The notes below the pieces were generated by a model. The model had not been told where the DNA came from. It worked only from the letters and a program-made list of their open reading frames with translations, and did no database searches. A program made the position numbers and the translations under genes. From the IMG/VR virus record IMGVR_UViG_644736364_000008: a stretch of DNA of 64,000 nt; one strand, written 5' to 3'. Positions 48,400 through 57,964 of the stretch are shown one piece after another (position 1 is the first letter of the stretch; each line of letters starts with the position of its first letter). Source of the stretch: a virus. Taxonomy: Duplodnaviria; Heunggongvirae; Uroviricota; Caudoviricetes.

Positions 48400-50235
48400 T
48401 TACCTGCCAAAGCGCGTATAGCCAACATCATGGCTGACATCAAAACCGCTGGATCGCGTTTCCATAACCCGCATACCCGGAGGTGAATTCACAAAAGAGA
48501 CCTTGATCTCACCATCAACTTTTGGCGCAGAAGCTTTGTTAATCATGAAGGGATTCGGGCCTGTGGCACCGGAGGCGTTGTTTGACTGAGCCGGATCCAC
48601 CGCCTGATAAGGTGTGTATCCCCGTGCCGGTATTCCCGTCCCATAAGCATCATAAGCACCCGCGCCCCACTGCGCAGAGTTAATGGCATCGACCGTGTCA
48701 CCGGAACTGTCGGTAAACCACTCAATAATTGGCTTCAGCTTGTCCCACATATCCTGAAACCACTTAACAACCGGTCCCCAGTTATTGATTACCATCCCCA
48801 GCGGCGACCAGGCAAAAACCTTCTTCAGAAGTTCCCGGCCAGCCTCAAAATAAGGACCAATGGTTTCCCAGAGCTTCTTGAAATAAGGTCCGACAACATC
48901 CCAGTTAGTGATAATTAATCCCGCAGCCAGGGCTATCGCCGTCGCAATCATGCCAATCGGCGTCATCGACATGATCCTGCTGACAATACTGATGGCACCG
49001 CCAACGCCCATCAATCCCAGTTTCAGAATCGCAAGACCGGCAGCAAGCCCGACGACGCCGCGAATAACCCGGGGATTTTCATCCGCAAACTTCGTGAATT
49101 TCTCCCCCAACTCCCCCAGCCATTGCGTGATATTTTTAGCGTCACCAGAAAATGCGCCGCCAATAGCCGCAAGGCCGTTAGTTGCGGTCCCTGTCATTGC
49201 CTCCCACAGGTTGGACAGCGTACCAAGCTGTGCCTGAACACGTTTATTCAGACTGGCCTGTTTATTCATCTTCTGCTGGATCTGGTCGTAGCCATCCTTT
49301 CCTTTATCGATTAGTGCATTGACCACCTGAAGGGTTTCGGCATCATCACCAAATATTGCCTTAAGTACACCAGTTCGCTTAACGTCGGTCAGTTTTCGCA
49401 GCTTTGCCAGTTGCCTGAACATGTTATCAAGACCGCCAAAACTCCCTTTGCCGTCAGTAAAATCGAGCTGTACCCCGAGTTTCTGGCGGGCCATGACTTT
49501 ATTGACGTCCCTGATTTTCTTAACGCTTAATCCGGACTGGATAACTTTTCGCAGGGCGTTACCTGCCGACTCCCCGTTCATCCCCATCTGATCCATCATG
49601 ACGCTGATGGGGGCAAGGCTCTGTGCAGCCTGAAGACCGTCCTTGTTCACCATCTTCAGAACAGAGCTGGTTTTAGTGAAGAAGGACAACATGTTGGTAT
49701 CGTCAACGCCCAGATAAAACGCCTTCTGGATAGTGTCGAACAGCCCCATCATGTCTTCTGACGCCGTTCCGGTAGCATCCTGCATCTTTGCGGCAAACTC
49801 GGCAGCCGCTTCCGGTGTTTTTTTCAGTTGTACCGCAAGATAAGCTGTCGCTTTACCCACACCGCCAAGAATGTTTTCTGCCGGGATCCCCTGACGCACC
49901 AGCATCTGCATCATGTTCTGGAAATCAGCCGTTGTACCGGGTAGCTGGTTACCCAGACCAATAGCCAGTTTATTGATGTCCTGAAAGCGCTTTCCGACCT
50001 CACCGTTCGCATCCATCATGGCAACTTTCAGCCCGGTGGCGGCGTTTTCCTGATCGGCATAAGATTTCAGGGAAAGCGTCAGACCCGCAGCCAGTCCGCC
50101 ACCAAGCGCCAGCCCACCCTGTGACGCTTCTTCCGCCTGGCGTTTAAATCCCCGGATTTTCTTTTGCATTTTCGACAGCGCGGGAGAAAGCCTGTCGACA
50201 CCGGTGATCAACGCCTTAAGCTCAAATTCAGCCAT
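48400..50235 (-). CDS. Tail tape measure protein
   Basis: 611-aa ORF with hydrophobic Gly/Ala-rich central segment, downstream of the chaperone pair. Confidence 0.8.
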   Translation of the reverse strand: MAEFELKALITGVDRLSPALSKMQKKIRGFKRQAEEASQGGLALGGGLAAGLTLSLKSYADQENAATGLKVAMMDANGEVGKRFQDINKLAIGLGNQLPGTTADFQNMMQMLVRQGIPAENILGGVGKATAYLAVQLKKTPEAAAEFAAKMQDATGTASEDMMGLFDTIQKAFYLGVDDTNMLSFFTKTSSVLKMVNKDGLQAAQSLAPISVMMDQMGMNGESAGNALRKVIQSGLSVKKIRDVNKVMARQKLGVQLDFTDGKGSFGGLDNMFRQLAKLRKLTDVKRTGVLKAIFGDDAETLQVVNALIDKGKDGYDQIQQKMNKQASLNKRVQAQLGTLSNLWEAMTGTATNGLAAIGGAFSGDAKNITQWLGELGEKFTKFADENPRVIRGVVGLAAGLAILKLGLMGVGGAISIVSRIMSMTPIGMIATAIALAAGLIITNWDVVGPYFKKLWETIGPYFEAGRELLKKVFAWSPLGMVINNWGPVVKWFQDMWDKLKPIIEWFTDSSGDTVDAINSAQWGAGAYDAYGTGIPARGYTPYQAVDPAQSNNASGATGPNPFMINKASAPKVDGEIKVSFVNSPPGMRVMETRSSGFDVSHDVGYTRFGR

Positions 50236-50376
50236 GTGTGCGTTTCTCCTGCTCTATCCTGTTTGCCTGACTGACCAGCAAGGGAATTTCACTGATCGGC
50301 ATATTCAGCAATTCGAAGGGATTAATGCGCCAGTAGCTGGCGCAGTCAAAGAAGCGATCAGTGAGGTATTCAGCCG

Positions 50377-50646
50377 TCAGGCCTGGAGGAAAAAACCAGC
50401 CACAAGCCACGCCGCAGCATTCAGGTCTGCCGGAGACATCTGGTCGACAGAGTTTTGCGGCACTTTCGCCAGCCGCACAATGTATTTCGATACCACATGC
50501 GCCAGAAGTCTGACGGACTCATCCTGATTCATCTGGTAGGGATACCCCAGCTCGCGGACATCTTTCCCGGTGGGCTCATCAAACTCCAGTACGGAGAGTG
50601 TCTCGCCATGAGCGGTAATCGGTTTCTTTAACTCAAGCTCTTTCAT
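50377..50646 (-). CDS. Tail assembly chaperone (with probable -1 frameshift extension, 50228-50410)
   Basis: 89-aa ORF between tube and tape measure; T TTT TTC heptamer at 50389-50395 and an overlapping open -1 frame. Confidence 0.6.
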   Translation of the reverse strand: MKELELKKPITAHGETLSVLEFDEPTGKDVRELGYPYQMNQDESVRLLAHVVSKYIVRLAKVPQNSVDQMSPADLNAAAWLVAGFFLQA

Positions 50647-51002
50647 TACTGGTAATCCCCTTCTTCACCGTGGAACTCAAGATCAACCGTCCCTTCTTCG
50701 GCATTATGGTTCGCTTCGCCGTGCAGCCAGGCAGACGACAGTACATAGACCTGACCGTTCGCCAGCTCGGCAGTGATGGTCATCTCATCAGACGAGGTGA
50801 TTTTGCTCACCGGAAAATTCTTCGGCACCTTGAAGGTCCCTTTAACATAAGGCGCACGGTGAGTTTCCTTGCGGTCCACTGAACCGTCCAGGCCGATGAT
50901 GTCATCATTGACCGTCCTGTTCATGGGCACCTCAATGCCGCCGGTCAGCGATAGCTGCTGACCGTCAATTTTGAAATAACAGGTTCCCCCGATACGGGCC
51001 AT
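50646..51002 (-). CDS. Tail tube protein (Mu-like)
   Basis: 118-aa ORF immediately after the sheath gene. Confidence 0.7.
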   Translation of the reverse strand: MARIGGTCYFKIDGQQLSLTGGIEVPMNRTVNDDIIGLDGSVDRKETHRAPYVKGTFKVPKNFPVSKITSSDEMTITAELANGQVYVLSSAWLHGEANHNAEEGTVDLEFHGEEGDYQ

Positions 51003-52498
51003 TATGCGGACTCCTCTGAATACTGAAGACGGAACTGGTTAACCACGGCAAAGACACGCAACTGGTTAACATAGTCAGGCGGGAACAGCGTGTTCAGGCG
51101 GTTCGGATCGCTGGCATCACGCTCCACAACCAGGTACTGCTTAAAAAGTTCGTAGTTTTCCACGATCCCCGCACGCTCAAGCTGACGGTAGGTTGCCAGC
51201 AGTTCCCCTTTGATCACCGCCGGGGTGACAATCGCCTGACCGGGACCAAAGCGGGTACCGTCGCTGGCAAGCTTGTGACGCCCGTACTTACTGGTAATGA
51301 CGGATTTCAGTTTGCGCAGTACATACGCACTGGTATGCAGCGTCTCGCTGTCGAGGTAGCTGTTATCCGCAACCCCGTAAGCGTTTTTCCTGTACGTGGT
51401 GACATCACGCTGAATGCGCAGTACCCCGCTTTCGACATACGCCGTTGCCACGCCATGAGACAGCAGGGTCTTTTGTTCGGTCATCGTGAACCGTTTCCCC
51501 TTCGGCGCAGGCAGCATACCCACCAGCTCACCGGTCTGCGTGGGACGTGCCGGATCGTTGCGGATAAACACCGCTGCGCGGGCGGTACGGCTTGCCGCCA
51601 GCTCGTCGGCAGGCGTCTGGGTGTCTTTTTCGTACCCCGCCAGGGTAATGTGCTGCTGGTTAAACTGGTCACCTGCGGTCACCAGTTCTGACAGCGTGCC
51701 GGTCTTTGCCGTATACACATGACCATACAGCTGACGCGCATAGCTCCAGCGACCGCTGGTATCGTTCATCTCGGTCACCAGCGTGTTAACGGAGGCCGTG
51801 TCGTTGAACGGCAGGCCGATATAATCAAACGGCTCATCCGCCATTGCAGCCACAGCGCCGGTGAGAACCGGAGCACCCGTTCCGGCGGTACCCGTCACCA
51901 CGGCAATCTGTACGCCCGCTGGCAGCACTTCGCCCCCACCAAAGCCGTAGTAATTGAGGCTGACAGGAATTTCATTCCCGCAAAGCCCCTTATGACGCGC
52001 GGTCAGTGTGACCACGCCTGCCGAAGATGAAGCCGTAAACGGCAGGGTCGGAACGGCATTGATGGCATCCTGGATACTGCTGGCAATCATCGTAACGTTA
52101 TCGCCGTTAGTCACCGGTACCTGCACGCGGGTACGTCCCACATACACATTCACCGTGCCGGTTTCGGTTGCCGCCCCGGTCACCGTCAGCGTAACCGTTG
52201 CCGCCGCGCCTGTGGATTCAGGAACGGCAATCACATACAGCTCGCCAAACGGGTCAGTCTGGCGATAAGCCTCGACCATACGCGCCAGCTGACTTCCCGC
52301 ACCACAAATCTGGCGTGCATAGTCTGCCGACGGCATCAGTACCAGACTGTTGGCAACAATCTCTGCACCGTTATTGGCATGACCAATCAGCAGCGATGCT
52401 CCGCTGTCCTGTGCAGTATTCGCAGCCTGGTTATCCATTTCCGCATAAAACAGCGGAACCAGCGTATTCGACGGAATGGTGTTAAAGCTTATCGTCAT
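51002..52498 (-). CDS. Contractile tail sheath protein (Mu-like)
   Basis: 498-aa ORF upstream of tube/chaperone/tape measure. Confidence 0.8.
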   Translation of the reverse strand: MTISFNTIPSNTLVPLFYAEMDNQAANTAQDSGASLLIGHANNGAEIVANSLVLMPSADYARQICGAGSQLARMVEAYRQTDPFGELYVIAVPESTGAAATVTLTVTGAATETGTVNVYVGRTRVQVPVTNGDNVTMIASSIQDAINAVPTLPFTASSSAGVVTLTARHKGLCGNEIPVSLNYYGFGGGEVLPAGVQIAVVTGTAGTGAPVLTGAVAAMADEPFDYIGLPFNDTASVNTLVTEMNDTSGRWSYARQLYGHVYTAKTGTLSELVTAGDQFNQQHITLAGYEKDTQTPADELAASRTARAAVFIRNDPARPTQTGELVGMLPAPKGKRFTMTEQKTLLSHGVATAYVESGVLRIQRDVTTYRKNAYGVADNSYLDSETLHTSAYVLRKLKSVITSKYGRHKLASDGTRFGPGQAIVTPAVIKGELLATYRQLERAGIVENYELFKQYLVVERDASDPNRLNTLFPPDYVNQLRVFAVVNQFRLQYSEESA

Positions 52499-52660
52499 CG
52501 GTGTTCACCTTTTTATTCACGCGCCGGATATCACCCGCTGCTTCACGGCGCAGCCAGTAGTTGTTCTCATCAACATTTCGCCCTTCGGCGGGCAAAAGGT
52601 CGCCGCGGGCAGGGTCAGGCACTGACCGCCCTTTAACAGGTTTCACAAACATGATGATCC

Positions 52661-53221
52661 TCAGGAAGGAAGGGGTATTTCGGTGTGATGTTCGATATCG
52701 CCGTCAGACCCGTTACCGGGATCGAGATAATCAACATCAATCGCCAGCGTTCGCAGTTCATCCAGACTGTTCAGGTCATCCTGCTGGCGGGTATCGTCTT
52801 CGGTCAGCTCTCTGATGACCGAAAAATCGAACTGATAAATCAGCTCATGACGATTCAGATCCAGCAGCGTGCCGCCGTCATAGGTAATCGGGTTACCGCA
52901 CGCTTCCGGGTTCCAGCCCAGCAGGGCCTTAAAGAGCATCTGCCGGACATCGTCCACCACATCATACGAGGCAAACTGACCGCGCTCATCACGTCCGTTA
53001 CTCAGTATGACAACCACGGAGAAGCCCTCTTTCAGCTCCTGCCAGTAGTCGGTCTGGCTTTTGTTTTCTCCCGGAGAGTCATCACCCGGTACCACATATG
53101 CCGCCGGGAGTCTCAGCTTTCCGACCTCCGGCAGATTTTTGAACTGTGCCGCGCCTGCCACCCGGTTTTCAAAATACGGGCAGCGGGCACGCAGCGCAGC
53201 AATAACAGGCGTCAGTTTCAT
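52661..53221 (-). CDS. Virion protein (Mu gp37-like, putative tail completion)
   Basis: 186-aa ORF between head and tail modules. Confidence 0.45.
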   Translation of the reverse strand: MKLTPVIAALRARCPYFENRVAGAAQFKNLPEVGKLRLPAAYVVPGDDSPGENKSQTDYWQELKEGFSVVVILSNGRDERGQFASYDVVDDVRQMLFKALLGWNPEACGNPITYDGGTLLDLNRHELIYQFDFSVIRELTEDDTRQQDDLNSLDELRTLAIDVDYLDPGNGSDGDIEHHTEIPLPS

Positions 53222-53724
53222 CTGCGTCGTCGCTCCGGCTTCAGTGATTTACGTAATTCCCGCGCCAGAAAATAGCGTGTCCAGCTGCGGTTCTTTTCAA
53301 GCGTTTCCACCATAAAGTTATTACGTGGAGCCAGTCGCCAGCCGCTGCCACCGGATGCACCACGATGATGGCTGCGACGACGCTTTGCCCCTCGCCTCAC
53401 GCCATAGAACAAAAAAGCCGGATAAAAATCACCGGTGATACGGCGGTTTCCCTCTCCATTACGCTGGTTAGGGGCTATACGTGCCATAAAACCAGGGCGA
53501 TGTTTACTGGCTCTGGGTACCATGTAACCAATCGAACGAGCCAGGCGTCCGGTCTGATAACCGGGGTTTTCACCCGGTGCCGACCGCGCACGGCGCATCA
53601 CCAGCCGACGGGCATCACGCATATGACGCTGACCAATCGTGACAAACGCCCGCCGGACACGGGCGCGGTTAAAGCGCATCTCCGCGGGCTGCTGAAAATC
53701 AACGTGCAAAAAGGAAGTCGTCAT
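53218..53724 (-). CDS. Virion morphogenesis-type protein (putative neck)
   Basis: 168-aa basic ORF in the head-tail joining region. Confidence 0.4.
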   Translation of the reverse strand: MTTSFLHVDFQQPAEMRFNRARVRRAFVTIGQRHMRDARRLVMRRARSAPGENPGYQTGRLARSIGYMVPRASKHRPGFMARIAPNQRNGEGNRRITGDFYPAFLFYGVRRGAKRRRSHHRGASGGSGWRLAPRNNFMVETLEKNRSWTRYFLARELRKSLKPERRRR

Positions 53725-54109
53725 TGTTGCCTCCGTGACTCTGCCTACATTCGCCCAGCTCCGTACACTCCAGCAGCAGAAAGCGCCGCGCCCCGTTCAG
53801 ATCGCGCTGACGTTTCACCCGGTACACACTGTCACCGCAGACCACCTCATAATCAGCGGTAATCCCCCGGCGGTAACGAATGGTGATGTAATGGGTGATG
53901 GCGTCCCCGGTCTGCGCGGTTTCCTGCCAGGTGGTGGCACTGGTCTGGATAACCTTCGCCCATGTCCGGAACGTAATCAGGTATTGAGGCTCCACGCCAA
54001 AGTTATCCGCGGGCATATCCACCCGCAGGCGGATCAGGACGCGTTTATTCAGTTCACCGGGGTCCGGCAGAATGTAGGTTGCGCTGGTCTGCGCCTGACG
54101 AATTTTCAT
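53699..54109 (-). CDS. Head-tail adaptor-like protein
   Basis: 136-aa ORF in the head-tail joining region. Confidence 0.4.
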   Translation of the reverse strand: MKIRQAQTSATYILPDPGELNKRVLIRLRVDMPADNFGVEPQYLITFRTWAKVIQTSATTWQETAQTGDAITHYITIRYRRGITADYEVVCGDSVYRVKRQRDLNGARRFLLLECTELGECRQSHGGNNDDFLFAR

Positions 54110-54429
54110 TGCGGAAAGTACCTGTACGGGCCGACAAGCCAGCCAAAACTCTGCGGCATGTCGAGTTTCTCCACTTCCGTAACCGACGAGCGGTTTTCGT
54201 AAAAATGGCTGATAAGCATCAGCATCCCCAGACGAATATCATCCGGCAGGTGCAGCCCGTCCGGATCGCTGTCCGGAATGGTTTCATCCGGTGCATAGAG
54301 CTTCCGGTTCAGATACGTTTCCGTCCGCTTTTGTGCCGCACAGGCCAGCAGTTGCAGATGGCGGTCATCAGCATCGAAATCCTCATCCAGCCGGAGTTGG
54401 GCTTTAATCTCTTCCATTGTCAGAAGCAT
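54106..54429 (-). CDS. Head-tail connector (gp6-like) protein
   Basis: 107-aa ORF starting MLLTMEEIKAQLRLDEDFDADD, typical of gp6-like connectors. Confidence 0.5.
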   Translation of the reverse strand: MLLTMEEIKAQLRLDEDFDADDRHLQLLACAAQKRTETYLNRKLYAPDETIPDSDPDGLHLPDDIRLGMLMLISHFYENRSSVTEVEKLDMPQSFGWLVGPYRYFPQ

Positions 54430-54431
54430 AC

Positions 54432-54632
54432 TCAGCCCTCTTTACTGGTCGTGGCTTTTTTCTCTTTTGCCGCTTTACTGCTTTTTGCACTGATTCCGCG
54501 CTCTGCTAACCCGGCCTGAAGTGCAATCTCCTGCACCCGGGCAGGAAGCGCCCCATCGTCATACTCACCGGCCCGAATGACCTCAACACGCATACCGTCC
54601 GGTGACCATTTCAGATCTTGTTTCAGGATCAT
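54432..54632 (-). CDS. Small hypothetical head-region protein
   Basis: 66-aa ORF between capsid and connector. Confidence 0.35.
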   Translation of the reverse strand: MILKQDLKWSPDGMRVEVIRAGEYDDGALPARVQEIALQAGLAERGISAKSSKAAKEKKATTSKEG

Positions 54633-54681
54633 GATTCTTCACCCGTCAGAACAGGGGGCGCGGTTCCGCGCCCCTGAGTGA

Positions 54682-55887
54682 TTACGCCGCTGCAATCTTC
54701 AGCAGTTTGATGGCCTGCGAATCGACCAGCATCCCGCCGGTGCGCTTGGTGGTATAAAAACCGACAAACGGTTTATTGGTGTACGGGTCACGCAGAATGC
54801 GGGTGCCGATACGGTCAACGATGGTGTAACCCCGTTTGAAGTTACCAAATGCAATGGCTTTCGCATCAGCGGCGATATCCGGCATCTGTTCGTTTTCAGC
54901 GATACCGTAACCCGCCAGAGAGGACGGCTGCCCCAGTTCCAGCCCCGGACGCCACAGATAGTTACCCTCGCTGTCTTTAAGCAGACGGATGGCAAACAGG
55001 CTGTTGTTGTTCATCATGAACTTCGCGCCAGTGCGGTGTGCCTTACGCAGCGTGTAAATCAGTTTGATAATGGCGTCTGCGGTCACCGCCGTCGCTTCGC
55101 CGGATACAATATGCTGAAGTTTGCCGAACGCCCGGACCTTATCGGTTTCATCAGTGGATTCATACGCCAGGAACCCTTTCGGCTTCTTGGTACCATCGCC
55201 GGTGGTAAAGGCAATTTCTTCCTGTTCGGCAAATTCGGTTGCCAGCTCGCTGTTGATCCATGCTTCCACGTTGAAAAAGGCATCATCCAGCATTTTCTGG
55301 GTGGCCTGCGGGTTACCGTAGATTTCCCCCATGAAAGGTTCAATCAGGCCCAGTTTTGAGGTGGCAGTCTGGGAGCGCGCGTCAGTCTCGCCAACCCATC
55401 CGGAAGCCGTGCCGCCCAGATTCACCAGTTTTTTGTAGTCGGAACCACCAACGGTGATCACCGTGGCTTCCTGGCGCATCACCACTTCATCTTTCAGCAG
55501 GGTGAGAATGTTGCGATCCAGTGCTTCCGGCACGGCATAGCCGCCGTCTTCATCGGTGCCCACCTGCAATGCCTTGCGCTCCAGATCGCGCAGACCATCT
55601 TCACGGCCTTTACGCAGGAAGCCCACAAACGCTTCTTTATGCTCGGTGGCCAGTTTATTTTGCGCACCACCTGCCGGACGTTTCAGCTCAAGCAGCTCTT
55701 TTTCAAGATCGCTTTTGAGGTTTTCCAGCTCGCTGAGTTTCCCGTTCAGGGTTTCCACCTGCCCGGCAAGTTTGCCTTTTTCCTGCTCAATCGCATCCAC
55801 GCGCTTGTCGTTCTTTGCTTTGAAGTCGTCAAACTTCTGCTGCAGCTCCTGCGCGACCTGTTCGACATCTTTAATATCAACCGCCAT
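54682..55887 (-). CDS. Major capsid protein (HK97 fold)
   Basis: 401-aa ORF with N-terminal coiled-coil delta-like region, directly after the prohead protease. Confidence 0.85.
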   Translation of the reverse strand: MAVDIKDVEQVAQELQQKFDDFKAKNDKRVDAIEQEKGKLAGQVETLNGKLSELENLKSDLEKELLELKRPAGGAQNKLATEHKEAFVGFLRKGREDGLRDLERKALQVGTDEDGGYAVPEALDRNILTLLKDEVVMRQEATVITVGGSDYKKLVNLGGTASGWVGETDARSQTATSKLGLIEPFMGEIYGNPQATQKMLDDAFFNVEAWINSELATEFAEQEEIAFTTGDGTKKPKGFLAYESTDETDKVRAFGKLQHIVSGEATAVTADAIIKLIYTLRKAHRTGAKFMMNNNSLFAIRLLKDSEGNYLWRPGLELGQPSSLAGYGIAENEQMPDIAADAKAIAFGNFKRGYTIVDRIGTRILRDPYTNKPFVGFYTTKRTGGMLVDSQAIKLLKIAAA

Positions 55888-55901
55888 CGTATTTCTCCTG
55901 A

Positions 55902-56588
55902 TTAGAAGTTCAGATTTTTCAGTGCATTCAGTGCAGAGCCCACATCCTCAGCGTCGCGCAGGGACAGTGCGCCATAGCCCCCGGCCATGAATGCTTTGGC
56001 CTGGGTACGGGAGAGTCCGACATCACGCAGGACTCTTTCGATTTTTTTCTGTTCGGGGATTTCCCCGCGGGCCAGTGCGTTCTTGACGTCGCTGATCCGC
56101 GCCTCGTCGTTAGACGGGAACGTCACCAGGCTGACTTCCCAGAGGTCGATTTCTTTCAGCAGAAAGGCTTCTTTGCTCCGGTCGTATTCCCAGTCTTTCA
56201 GGACGTACCCAATAGAAAGGCCGGTTAACGAACCGGCCTTCATGTGTGCATGTGCGCGTTTTGCGAGGGGATCATCATCAATAAGCAACCGTCCCCTGAC
56301 GTAAAGCCCGACATCGTCTTCCTTCATTTCGGTGTAAACACCGATGGGTTCATCCATGCGGTGCTGCCAGAGCAGCGCAGGTAACGCTTTTCTGTCACTC
56401 CACGCCCGCAGGGAAGCAGCAAATGCCCCGGACATCACCACATCATCGTGGCTGTCCTTTACACCAAAGACGGAGCCATACCCTTCAAACTCACCGGAGT
56501 CACTGACAGATTTCAGACTCAGCGGTACATCAAGACGTTGTTTCGTCTGCATTGGCGTTATCCTTCTGCTTACCGGCTTTACTGCCAT
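55902..56588 (-). CDS. Prohead serine protease (HK97 family)
   Basis: 228-aa ORF between portal and capsid. Confidence 0.8.
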   Translation of the reverse strand: MAVKPVSRRITPMQTKQRLDVPLSLKSVSDSGEFEGYGSVFGVKDSHDDVVMSGAFAASLRAWSDRKALPALLWQHRMDEPIGVYTEMKEDDVGLYVRGRLLIDDDPLAKRAHAHMKAGSLTGLSIGYVLKDWEYDRSKEAFLLKEIDLWEVSLVTFPSNDEARISDVKNALARGEIPEQKKIERVLRDVGLSRTQAKAFMAGGYGALSLRDAEDVGSALNALKNLNF

Positions 56589-57771
56589 CGGAGGGTTTCG
56601 TGGTCATGTTCATCGGTGTGAGATAGACATCCCCACCGGGACGGGGATTCATATCTTCCAGGTCGCGGCAGTCATTGGGAGAGTAAATTCCCCAGTTAAT
56701 CCCGGTGGCGTAGGCTTCAAAACGGGACTTCATATCCCCGCGCAGTAACGCCCCGGCGTTAAATTTGGCGTAATAAACGCCCTGCTTACTTTTTCGAACC
56801 AGTCCGGTGTTGATCCGCTGCTCGATGCGGGTCAGATACGGCACCAGTGAATAGTTGATAAATCCCAGCCCCAGCTCTTCAATATTGTTGAAGGTGGCGC
56901 GATCGGTGTTCTGCACCATGTGCAACGGCACCCGGAACAGACGACAGATTTCTTCAAGCTGAAACTTGCGGGTTTCCAGGAACTGGCTGTCCTCGGCGTT
57001 CAGCGCCATCGACTTCCAGTCCAGCCCCATCTCAAGGATCATCGGGCGGTGAGCATTACCAAGCCCGGTGTGACGCTCCTCAAAATCTTTCTTCAGGCGC
57101 TCGTAAGCCTGATCTGACAGCGTCTGCTCTGTACGCAACACACCCGACGTCACCGCACCATTGCTGAACAGTCTGGCCCCGTGCTCTTCGGTCGCAGCTG
57201 CCAGCGATATTGCCTCGCGGGCATAGGCGATGGGATTCAGCCCCACCAGACCGTCCAGCGTCAGCGTGCGCACATGCCAGATATCTTCCTGGCTCAGCAC
57301 ATCCGTGGAGCCGTCCGAGAATGTGACCTGATAGACCGGCTCCCAGCTACTGTTAAGCTTCGGTACCACACAGCCAGGATCGACGGGCAGCAGTTCAGCC
57401 ACTTCGCCAAATGCTTTCACTTTGTAGGCGTAAAAGTTTCCCCGCAGGCACAGACAGGTGACCACCAGCTCCCAGAACTCCTGCGGCGTCATATAGCCAT
57501 TGGGATGCGTGGAGATCAGCTTATGCAGACGTTCGCCGGTGGCCCTCTGTTTCAGGCTGCCGTTCAGGTGATACAGATTGCAGGGCAACATCCCGACCGA
57601 CTCTGCCAGCACCCTGACGCAGGAAAAAACCGCCGTCAGTCGCATGGCCCGCTGGCTGCTGATCTGCTTTCCGGTATAGGTGTCGTATGACAGCCCGATA
57701 GCCTCCGCCAGCTCTGCTGGCGTGGTCACCGGCGCGTCACTTTTTCGTTGAAATAATCCCGAAAAGAACAC
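56530..57771 (-). CDS. Portal protein (HK97 family)
   Basis: 413-aa ORF downstream of terminase large subunit. Confidence 0.8.
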   Translation of the reverse strand: MFFSGLFQRKSDAPVTTPAELAEAIGLSYDTYTGKQISSQRAMRLTAVFSCVRVLAESVGMLPCNLYHLNGSLKQRATGERLHKLISTHPNGYMTPQEFWELVVTCLCLRGNFYAYKVKAFGEVAELLPVDPGCVVPKLNSSWEPVYQVTFSDGSTDVLSQEDIWHVRTLTLDGLVGLNPIAYAREAISLAAATEEHGARLFSNGAVTSGVLRTEQTLSDQAYERLKKDFEERHTGLGNAHRPMILEMGLDWKSMALNAEDSQFLETRKFQLEEICRLFRVPLHMVQNTDRATFNNIEELGLGFINYSLVPYLTRIEQRINTGLVRKSKQGVYYAKFNAGALLRGDMKSRFEAYATGINWGIYSPNDCRDLEDMNPRPGGDVYLTPMNMTTKPSDGSKAGKQKDNANADETTS

Positions 57772-57964
57772 TATTTACCTCCGCCGACAGACAGCTGTGT
57801 ACGATCGAGATATCGCGCCACCAGCCACGACCAGAACAGGCACAGCGCCCCGGCAACAACAAAACCCGCCGGGGGATAAATCAGCCAGGCACCATATGCC
57901 AGCAAAAGCGCACCCAGCACGCCCACCAGAGGCGCGAGAATCAGCATGATCATAATTACCTCAG

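Noticed and set aside
53735-54519. Plus-strand ORFs (155 and 146 aa) within the head-tail joining genes of the second prophage
   Set aside because: Antisense to a continuous minus-strand operon; no independent support.
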